Source: the human T2T-CHM13v2.0 reference genome, Homo sapiens. From it: a stretch of 64,000 nucleotides of DNA. The position numbers and the translations under genes were made by a program. Of the stretch, positions 38,390 through 64,000 are shown in pieces; position 1 is the stretch's first letter; each line of letters starts with the position of its first letter. The stretch lies in NCBI RefSeq assembly GCF_009914755.1, contig NC_060940.1. One strand, 5' to 3'. The notes beneath the pieces were generated by a model, which saw only the letters and a list, made by a program, of their open reading frames with translations, had not been told where the DNA came from and made no database searches.

Positions 38390-39215
38390 CTGCAGACATT
38401 GGTTGTTTGAGAGAACAAATATCTGGCAAACAATCAAGAACAGACATAGAAAGTCCAAATATGAAACATTACAAACAGTACGCTGCTACATATGCCCTAG
38501 GAATGAAAAAGTTAAGAGGATGTTGGAGTGATTTGATAATACATTTGAAGATTTAGATGAAATGGATATATTCTTAGAAAATTTCAACTTCCCAAAACTG
38601 ATCTAAAGATAAACGGTTGTCTTCTAATTGTTTAAAGTACAGAATCAGTAGTTAACAATGTTTCCATGAAAATAATGTCAGAGCCAGGCAGAGTCACTTT
38701 AAATTTCAAGCATTTAATAAAGGAATAAATGAAGCCAATATCAGTCATGAACATAGATACCAAAATCTTAAACTACTGGCACCTCTAATCTAGAAATACA
38801 TAAAAAGGGTATGTCATAAGCTAGTTGGATTTTTCTAAAATCACAATGTTTTAAAATAATCACATGAACAGATTATGGAAGAAAAATAATACCATCATCA
38901 CAACAGATGAAAACATTTAAAAACTTAAAAATTCAGAGAGACTTTGGATTTTTGAGGGAAGAAGCTGAGAACAATAGAAATAAAAGGGAACCCCTTAAGC
39001 CCCTATTTGGTAATACATATTTGGAGATATACCTAATGTGAAGCTTGGAGATGTGGCAATGATGTTGTTTCTACCCCAATTTAGTATTTTACTGCAGTTC
39101 TCAGCCAAATAGTTAGGAAGAAAATCAAAGTAGAAGTATTGGAAATAAATAAGAATACTTTTATTGGCAGATGGTGTGATTGTGTGCATACAAAATCCAG
39201 TGAATCCACAGATTG
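38390..39215 (+). mobile_element. Ancient L1M ORF2 fragments (similar fragments at about 6310-7790)
   Basis: Degenerate ORF2 text such as ttagatgaaatggatatattcttagaaa and tattggcagatggtgtgattgtg. Confidence 0.6.
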
Positions 39216-39254
39216 ACTGTTTTTTTCAAATTTCTGTTGATATATGCTATGTTT

Positions 39255-39980
39255 TGTCAACTGAAGAATAAGGTTCATAAATATGGAAAGGAGAGCTTTG
39301 TTTTTCATAAAGGATTATAGCCTGCAGGGTGGCCGTTCTGACAAGCTGGGAAGCATAGCTCCCCAGCCAGAAACTAGGAATAGACACTTCAAGGGTCCAA
39401 AGAATAAGACAGGAATTTATGCTGAATGGGATGGCCAGATATACATATTCAATGAGCTATAGAAAAAATAATGCATATTTATGAAGAGAAACAAATATAT
39501 ATGCAATTGAGCTTCATGCCTCTCCGTAGGACCCACGTTCAAAAAACGGCGGCATCAGCGTGATCCCAGGGTGGAGTGTTGTGCTCTTTGACATCCAAAG
39601 GTGAAGTAGAGACACAAAAACCCTCACTGGGCATTCGTCATAGACTGGCCAGAATCATTCCATGGTTGGTGGTCTCTCATCAGGAAGAAAAGCTCATCAG
39701 TTGTTATGTTGAAACTGCTAAAAGAAGGGAGAGCAGTCAAGCAGTTGACACAATGGCGGAATCTTTTGAAAGGGCTGGTTTCTGTTTAGCTCTTACAGAA
39801 GAAAGCTTAATGATGGTCAGTGAAAGAGCAGGTATTAACGAGCTGTGTCTGACTTCCCATCCTGTCATGGCCGAGAACTCAGTTTTCTAGGTTAACTCTT
39901 AGGTCCCCTTGGTTAAGACGTGGTCTGTTCAGTAGGTTGGGCTCTTAAAATTTTATTTTTATTTCTCAGTTTCATAACAG
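39255..39980 (-). mobile_element. LTR (MER31-like)
   Basis: tgtcaactgaagaataaggttcataaatatggaaaggagagcttt...gcctgcagggtggcc resembles reverse MER31. Confidence 0.55.
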
Positions 39981-40209
39981 AGGAGAAAAGCTATTCTTTC
40001 TTATCTTGTCCAAATTCAACTTTCAGTAATTTAAAGAATATCAACACAATATCTAACTATATTTTTAGAAATATTTTTACTATGTGTGTATGCATATATT
40101 TATGTGTATTCAAGAATAATTAATAGCAAGCTTTACTTTGTTTCATTTTGATAATTATTGTACCATACATTAATTAGGCAACTTGCTTTAAAATTAAACA
40201 TTGTGTCTC

Positions 40210-43200
40210 TGGTAAGGACTAGTTAATTCCAGAATCCCAGGGATGGACAAGGGCCCACTGTTCTCAAGTGGGTAATTGTGATGAGATGGTTACTAAGGGT
40301 AGATGGTAAAGACTGGTTAAGTCCGGAACCCAGGATGATGGGAAACACCCCCTTCAGGATAACAGAAGAAAGGGGGGATGCCTTCTGTTTTCTTTTTCCT
40401 TTCTTCCTCCTCTGTTCTCTCTTCCCAGATGGGTAGTTATGTCTTCATACCACAGGACACGCCCCTTGGATGCATCCCCTAAAAGTGGGAAAAGTTTAAT
40501 TTCCCCAAACCTTAAACTGTTTGGCTTATAAATGAACTAGGAGAAAATTACAAAAGTCAGCCTTGGAACCCAGTGCCCCTGTGCAGGAAGTCCTCAGATT
40601 AGCCTCTTCAGTCTTTCATAACTGAGAGCAGAAGAGGAAGAACAGGGCTAAGCCTGTTGGGTAGGGCAAATGGCATCCCTTCCCCTCAAATAAAAGATTA
40701 ACACCCCTTTTTATTACTTAAGGGACCAATTACCATTCTCCCACTGGTCCTTGGTAATGTCTAAATACCTCATACCTCTTTGGGGAAAACATATAATCTC
40801 CAAGATCAGTGCTCACTTAATATTTACCTGTCCTCTGAATACATCTTTCTAATAGCCCTATTTCTCCCAGAAAAGCTACCTAAATCATTAACTAATAGCT
40901 TCAACCTAGATAGTCTTACCTCAGAGGTTTAGAAATATCCCACACTTATTCAGAAAAGCCCTAGCAAAAAAAATCTAACTGAGCAGTCTCTTCAGGGGGG
41001 ATAACTTCTTTTTTTTTTCATTCAATTGTCGCTTTATTGCAAGATGGTTGAATTACAAATTTAAACTATAACCTGGTAATCTTTAGTCAGGCAGCAAGTT
41101 TTAATAAAGGCAAACTGCTTATTCAGAAGTGATCAGGGAACAACTCAAATGCAGAGTAAGAAGGATGAGAAACATCTAACTGGCTGATATATTAATTCTC
41201 TCACTGTATGAAATAAACTTTTCATTTTTAGGAGAGGTAAACTATAACTTCAGTAGACACCAATACAGAAATATTTTGTCACATAGACTACCTTCCATTT
41301 AGTCAGTCAACTGTTTCTAGCTGTCTCAATTGGGATAGATACCTTTACATAACTGGCTGTGCTTGAGCCTTCTTTGCCAGCAGCTTTAGGTCTGTAATGC
41401 ACTTGGGAATTGTCTCCTTTTTCCTACTGTGCAGAGATGCTCTGAACCACATGCTTCTCCACCCAATTTATAATGTGCTCTTGTTCCTTTTGATGCATCA
41501 TGTTCTGCACGGATATATGATAGTCTAGGCAATTCTTTACTTCCTTATGTACTCTATACAGCTGTTCCTGGTAAGTAAACTCTGAAGCCATAGGAATGTT
41601 TTTCCTCTGCACATCAAAAAGTAATGGCAGTACCTGCTGTGACTTCTCCAAATCAGTTGCATCCTGGATTTGTTTGATGGAAGCCTGCTTCGCCTCTTCT
41701 AGTTGGACAAGTTTTTGCTCATTGAGTTTATCAGCAAATTCTGCAAGAGAGGCACCATATTTTTTAATTGCATAGACAAGTAACCCTACTACTGATATGG
41801 TAGAGAAGGTCTCTGTGGTAATCACATATATTTCTTTGGATAAAGCATACAAAATAAGCCCAATTCCGAGCACATAGAGTCCTGTTACACCAGCTTTAGG
41901 ATAAAGAAACAGGAAGAATTCCTCAGGGATCAGTCCAGGATGAACTTTTCCTCCGTATTCAGGAAGAGGTGGTAGAAGGGCAAGGTGTGGCTGCACTGTG
42001 TGAAATGTCCTTGTTGCCTGCAATACCCCTGGACCTAGGAAGGCTGCATTCTTCAGAGAGAGGGCCACTGTGGTGGCAGCAAAAAGTACCACCCAGGACA
42101 GCATGGTCAGTGAAGGTCCAGGCAGCAATCTTAGCATCCCTGTGAGAGGGGAGATAACTTCTGCAGTATGCAGATAACCTCTTTATCTGCGCCCCCTTCA
42201 CAGGACTCCAGGGTCACTAGGGCTCATCAGGGAAAGGGAACCCAGAAGCCTGGCATGCCGGCAAAAGCATAAAAATTTTTACCAGTCAGACTTCAGGCCT
42301 CTCTCTCTCTATGCAAACCAGTTGTAGGAATGGTAAAAATCACCGTATTCTCTGCCCCTCCATGAATGACTTCTGACTTCCCTTCTTGAATTTTCCTTTC
42401 TCTGAGCTACCTCTGGAGACTTTAAATGTTTTAAAAACTCCTTACCACCTCTTTAAAAATACCTCATATGCTCATGGTTAAGTCATAACCTTAGTTAAGA
42501 CTTATTGGTTTCACCTGTGAGGTTACTTTTGATAATGTTCAAAGGCCAGAAATATTGTTCGTTTGGCCTGGATAAAGTAGGGTAATAAGAGATGTAAGAG
42601 CATTTTTTTAAGAGCGCTATGGTTAAAAGTCAGCTTAATTAAAAGCAGATAGCCAAGCGGATACATATATTACAGTGTAAATGTTCATGAATATCAAGCA
42701 GAATGAGAGTTAACTGAATGGACTGAACTAATAGAAGAGTGAAGTAATCTTTTTGACTTTTTGCAAAATCTTTGTTTTTCAGAGCCAAGAAAACTTTTCT
42801 TTTGAGCTATTTACTACAGCTTTTCACAATTCAGTATACTCCTGTGAACAAAAATTTCACATATTTGTTTCTCTTTACCTGATTTCTCCAGAATTTGGAA
42901 ACTATTTGTGAGTATTCTTAATGCGTGGCAATATAGTTATTGGCATAAGTGCAATTAGAATGTTTTCTTTTGCAACAGTACACCATGGGAGAAACTGGCT
43001 GTTTTACCAGGGCTTTGACTGGAATGGCATGCTTTCCTTTAAGGAATCAAGCTTGACTTATAGTGCCAATACAAGTCCCTTGGGGAGTCAGGCCTCATAA
43101 CTTGTCTACACAGTCCCTGTACAGGGACCTAACCTGTGGTGAGTAAAGAATGTCACTGTCTAACAGGCCCAGGTGCCCCAAGTTTTCTAGAGACCTCAGA

Positions 43201-44664
43201 GGAGAGAAATCTACCCTCCTCACAGGTATTTGAGGGTACAAACCCATGGCTGTGCTTGGCTTTTAAAATGTCTTATCTGAGATTTCTTATGGAACGGAGT
43301 TCCATCGAAGCCAATTTTAAAAGCCTATGTAAAAATAATTATCCTTGCTGCACTTTATGCAAACAATCAGGCCAAATATAATAAGACTAAAGTTTATTTT
43401 GCAAACAAATCATTCCTATCCTGATTTTAATAAAAAGGAGGATTGTAAAGAGAAAACCTATGTTTCACAATTTATGGTACACCTACTATTACATTCTAAC
43501 GTCATTAGTTGTTTTTAAGTTTTTGTCTGCATTTTAGCCTAACCCTGCTTATTTCTGTGAACCAACCAGCGATCCCTCGCTGCAGGTCAGAAGAAACAAA
43601 GGAGATGGGTTATTTAGAAATCTGCACCAATATTCGAGTTCTGGGCACACTGAAATAAGTTGGCAGCCCAAGTCTTAGCAGGCAGGACCATGGCCACCAG
43701 TTACCTGGGTGTGTTGGCAGCCTCAATTTTTTGGAGCTGTCCTCATTCCCTTATTTTACTTTGGTCCATGTCTTCTAAATCTAGTAACATGATTTGTCTC
43801 CTGTTGCCTTCAGGCCATCAAGCTTCAGATCAGTGTGGGATACTGTCCTCTCAATATTCAAGAGGCACCCCTCTACATGGGACCCCTAGACTGCCCATCA
43901 GTGGGACAGGAAGGCAAACTCCTGCCCCTGTCTCCCTTAGACCTTGCTAGATACCACTTTCACCAACCCATGGAGTCACCCTGCTGCCCTGACAGCTAGC
44001 AAGAGGCCAAGACCTGCAGAACCACCACAGCCCCTTTGTCAGTGGGAAGCAGTTACAGAAGACTGAACTTTGTCTAATTTCCTTCAAAGATCTGAGGTCT
44101 TGGGCTCTTGAGGGGGAAAATTTTACAGGTAGTTAGACAGGCATGAGCCAGGCAGGAGAGGGCTCTCCCCCACCCCCTAGGAAAGTCAGGTGATGGTTCA
44201 GCAAGTATCACATCGCCTCTGTAAAGGTGATAAACTGGCTGCCAGGGCCAGGGAGAGGCCATTTTCTGATGGTCCATACCTGTTACACTAAAGTGTTAAT
44301 TGAATGCAGATGCCAGGGAGGAGCAACTTCCAGGGCATGTGCATCAAGAGACAAAACAGTGGAATATGTCCTGGGGACACTCCACCAGAAAGGGGAAGAA
44401 AAACCTCAGATTGGTACATATACAACTTCCTAAACACACTTTGTGTGCTTATTTTTCAAGCAGAAGGAAGGCACTGCACATGTGGACAGACTGCCCTAAG
44501 AGAAGAATCATGGAAAAGGGGTCAGCCTATAAAGTCCTAAGATCAAGGTTAAAGACCACACTTGACCTTCATGTCCCAACTTAGGTTTCTTCCAAACTTA
44601 CTTTCCTTTCTTTCCTGTTCTAAAGCCCTTTTAAATAAATATCCACTCCTGCTCTGGAAAAAAG
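40210..44664 (+). mobile_element. ERV1 internal region plus 3' LTR (MER66-like, from about 44120) truncated at the poly(A) site
   Basis: Purine tract gagggggaaaa before ttacaggtagttagacaggcatgagc; AATAAA 44634-44639 then a short A run; flanked by an 18-bp imperfect direct repeat. Confidence 0.75.
41010..42147 (-). pseudogene. ATP5PBP7: Processed pseudogene of ATP synthase peripheral stalk subunit b (ATP5PB/ATP5F1); pseudogene number recalled, not verified
   Basis: Intronless MLSWVVLFAATTVALSLKNAAFLGPGVLQATRTFHT... from ATG 42104; premature TAG at 41424-41426 before EKETIPKCITDLKLLAKKAQAQPVM*; AATAAA about 41033-41038, poly(A) tail, TSD gataacttct at about 41000 and 42153. Confidence 0.93.
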
Positions 44665-46512
44665 AATGAAACATTGTGCCTCATAAATCTCACATGTATC
44701 TATAGATCTAGTTCATTCTTATTAACTGTGCTAGCTTATTACTTTATACTTTATTTTGATTCTTCATCAGTCAACTTGATATACTGTGTTTCTATAGCTG
44801 TATATTCTTTGGAACACTTGGAAGAATTTCTATGTAGGACACATCAAATAGAGAGAGAATTGGTGGGAAATTTCAGCTTTTAAAGCAAGTTGCCTAATTA
44901 ATATTACAATATATGCTTTATTTGACAAAACTCTGGAATCTTTGAGAAATAATTCTACATGTCAAAGCTCAAAACTATTAAAAAGACCTAGAGGTTCAAA
45001 GACACTTGATCTTTTCTAAAAAAAAATCAGGTCAGCACCTGGCATTCAGAGACTCACCTGGGTATTTCAGATGTTTGTTGGCCTTGGCATCACATCCCTA
45101 GATGACTTGGTCACAACACTCTGGATTCCTGGGCAGCAGCTGTCAGCTAAGAGGGCTGGTGGGGGCTGCTTCAGCACAGCATCTTCCTGAGGATTTTCAG
45201 GTCCTCTTGCATGGTTTTTTTTTTCTTCCTTTTTCTAGAGACAAGATCTTGCCATGGTACCCAGGCTGGTCTTGAATCCCTGGGCTCAGAGAGATCTTCC
45301 TGCCCTGGCTTCCCAAAGTGCTAAGATTACAGGTGTGAGCCATTGTGCCTGGCTTTATGTACTGTGTCTTTAAATGCCTTTCAATTAAAAGCTCCTGCCT
45401 TTATACTGGGCTGACTTTGAGATGTGCAAAGGCCAGGCTGATGTTGCTGCAGCACCCTTCACAGGCAGAGCTTCTTCGGTGGGGCTGGCTGCTGAGGAGA
45501 TACAGCTGGGTCCTGGTAGGCCACGCTTCACAACCTGCAGATACTGCTCTGGTCCATGGAGGAGAGAGTTTTGCAAGAGTAGCCTTTAGAATCCCCCATC
45601 CAATTGTCACTGCTGTGGGGCTTTGTGGTTACTCTGTTCTTGTTGGCTATATTGCCTCTCAGGGGAACAATGCCTGAAGGGCTGGGCAAGAGCCTCCTTC
45701 TTCTGAAGGCAAAATGTCATTAGACTTTGCATGATGTGATTTGAGCAGTGCTCCTGCAATCTTTGTGCTCGTTGGTTTTTCAATCCATATTCTATGGAGT
45801 CAGTCTTTTCAAGGCCACTGTAAACTATATGGTCAGGAGCTCAGGAGCTGTAACACATGTGGACACCGCTTCTGTATGAGAAGGGACCAAGAGCTCATGG
45901 AGCCTTCCTGTAGACAGTCTTATTTTTCTTCTTCTTTTTAATTTTTCATAGACAGGGTCTTACTCTGTCACCCCGGCTGGAGTGTAGTGGAATGATCACG
46001 GCTCACTGCAGCCTCCACCTCTGAGGTTCAAGTGATCCTTTCACTTCAGCCTCTGAAGTAGCTGGGACCATAGGCACAAGCCACTATGCCTGGCTAAATT
46101 TTTTATTTTTTTTTATTTTTCTGTAGAGATGGGATCTTCCAATATTGCCCTGGCTGGTCTCAAACTGCTGGGCTCAAGTGATCCTCCCACCTCAGCCTCC
46201 TGAGTAGCTGGGACCACAGGAGCACACCATCATGCCCAGCTAATTTTTTAAAAAGTTTTTTTATAGAGACAGGGACTCACCATGTTGCCCAGGCTTTTCT
46301 TGAACTCCTGGGCTCAAACAATGTCACCTGGCTTTTTTCTTTCTTTCTTTCTTTCTTTTCTTAATGTGGAGGCTTCTGGTAAGGGCTCTGCCTTGTGCTA
46401 CTGTGTGGGTGACTGTGGGCCTGACCTGCGACTGTGTTTCTCTGACACTTAGCACTACTTTGCAGAGTTGCATCCTTGGTTCCCTGCTGCAGACCCTTGT
46501 CCACTCTTCAAC

Positions 46513-58731
<12,219 letters not shown>

Positions 58732-58811
58732 CTTGGGGTAGAAGACCTGGACTTCACGGAGACCAGCAAGCAACTGAGATCAGCAAGCAACTGAGCAGCT
58801 CCTAAAGACAC

Positions 58812-58925
58812 AGGCTTTATATAGGGTCAAGATGACCCGCCCCTTTCTTAAATAGCTTTCAATTTAATCCCCTCATTAAATATTTAACACCTGCAGAAAG
58901 AAACTTGAAGTAATTAGATTAAGTG
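58812..58925 (-). promoter_or_regulatory. CPHXL core promoter (paralogue of the DUXB promoter)
   Basis: CTTTATATAG about 58815-58824; GGTCAAGATGACC 58825-58837; TAATCC 58865-58870; TAATTAGATTA 58911-58921. Confidence 0.7.
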
Positions 58926-60608
58926 GAAGTACAGATCGTACTAGGTGATTTTTTCTCTTTAATAACACCTTTTCAAATATGACTCTTGTTTAATTATTTT
59001 GATTTGGCTACATTAGTTTCTACATTATAAGAATGTCCTTACCTTACTCTGTATTTTTTGTTTTCCTCGGCTCTTCTGAAACCCACGTCTTTTCATCATT
59101 GCGATGGTGCTATCTATGTGTCAACTTGGCTGCTTTACACTCCCTATTTTTTCAATAAAACATGAATCTAGGCTGTTTTATTCATGTTGCTGTGAAGGTA
59201 TTTTGTAGATGTGATTAGGTTATATAATCAGTTGACTTTCAGTAAATGAGAATATTTTGGATAAACTGAGTGGGTTCAATTCAATCAGTGAAAGGGCTTA
59301 AGAGCAAAGGTGAGGTTTTTCTGGAGGGAAGCGGGAAAGCACATCTGGATGGGCGTGGTGTCTCGTGCCTGTAATCCCCGCACTTTGGGAGGCTGAGGCA
59401 GGAGAATCACTTGAGCCTTGGAGTTCAAGACCAGCCTGGGCAACACAGGGAGACCCTATCTTATTTATATGAAAATTAAAAAATTTCCCACCCATGCTCA
59501 GCTGCTGCCTCAGGCGTTTCTGACTGGTTTTCCAAAGGGCTTGCCCTACAGACTTTATTCTTGCCTATCCAGCCCCTACAATTATAGAAGTGAGTTCTAT
59601 ATTGCTATGATCTGAATGTTTATGTAGCCTCAAAATTCATAGGTCAATATCCTCCCCACCAAGGTAATGGTATTAGGAGGTGGGGCCTTTAGGAAGTGAT
59701 TGAGTCACGGGGGCAAAGTCCTCTTGAAAGGGATTAGTGCCTTTATCAAAGAGAGCAGAGAGGGGGAGGGAGGGTTGAGACCTCTGTGATCCTTCTGCCA
59801 TGTGAGGTTAAAGTGAGAAGACGGCTGTCTAGGAGGAAATGGGCCCTCACCAGACACCAAACCTGATTGTACTTCCCAATCTCCAGAACTGTGAGAAATA
59901 AATTTCTGTTGTTTATAAAGTAGCTGGTCTATAATATTTTGTTATAGCAGCCTAAATGGACTAAGGCACATATATGTCCCTCTATATATGTACGAGTATG
60001 TATATGTATGTATGTATATGTATTTATATATTTATAGTATAAACACACGCACATACGTTTTATATAGCTCACTAGTTCACTATGGGATTTGACTTCAGAA
60101 CACTACTGATTGTTTCTCTGATTGAACCCTGAATGATAAAGACCTTGGTATTGGAGGTGGTTCTGTAAGAACAGAACCTTACAGAGATATGTATGTTTAT
60201 AAATATACAACTAAAAATAGGTATATTTAAAGTTATATACGTCTTCTATTTATATAAGGACTCCAGTTCCAGTGGTAAAGAGGGCACTGGTAGTCCATGG
60301 CACGATGTGGCAAACATTGCCATTGGACAGCCCCAGCTGAGTGCCAAAGTTAACCCGCAGCAGCGACGGACACTGAGTGACCCACTTAGAGTGCTAACAT
60401 AGGGACAGATGAATTACGCTGGACCACTTCCTTTGTGGAAGGGTCACTGCATTGTTCTTATTGGAATAGATAATCTGGAGACAGATTTACCTTTCCTGCA
60501 TGTAACATTTCATCAGAATTACTATTGTGGACTTAGGAATGTCTTATTTATCCTCATAGCCTTGACTTTGATCAAGGAACTCACTCCACAGCGAATAAAG
60601 TGTGGTAA

Positions 60609-63895
<3,287 letters not shown>

Positions 63896-64000
63896 CTGAA
63901 TCTTACAGAGAAGTGTATTGTATCAGCCTAGTCATCTGCACTAGAAAACCACTTCTATCATAATTGCTGAATCAATATATTGTCTTAAATCTATTTGTTC

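Noticed and set aside
58764-58795. 17-bp tandem duplication in the CPHXL 5'UTR relative to DUXB
   Set aside because: Real but trivial; it creates no ATG or recognisable motif.

Overview
Primate genomic DNA, recognisable as the human 16q23 early-embryo PRD-class homeobox cluster; locus identity rests on recalled protein sequences, not a database search. Three spliced genes lie on the minus strand. CPHXL has 3 coding exons (58707-58731, 50555-50748, 46513-47511; 405 aa). DUXB has 5 coding exons (33683-33707, 32304-32458, 29127-29232, 28249-28403, 26217-26813; 345 aa, double homeodomain). The 5' part of CPHXL2 comprises candidate exon 1 at 9278-9290 and exon 2 at 1646-1839; its last exon is left of the window. 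The rest is mostly repeats: dozens of Alus, a full-length disabled L1PA, a two-LTR ERV1 provirus with nested inserts including an env remnant, two solo LTR7s, an ERV copy apparently retroposed by L1 that carries an ATP5PB processed pseudogene, a 7SL pseudogene and DNA-transposon fossils. The most notable structure is that CPHXL appears chimeric. Its promoter and exon 1 are a copy of DUXB's, its body is a copy of CPHXL2's, and the junction falls in an intronic Alu. The shared promoter keeps a TATA box, a perfect ERE-type palindrome, a P3/DUX-like site and an exact DUX4 motif. No new biological system in the prokaryotic sense (CRISPR etc.) is supported. Repeat subfamily names come from remembered consensus sequences and need RepeatMasker confirmation.
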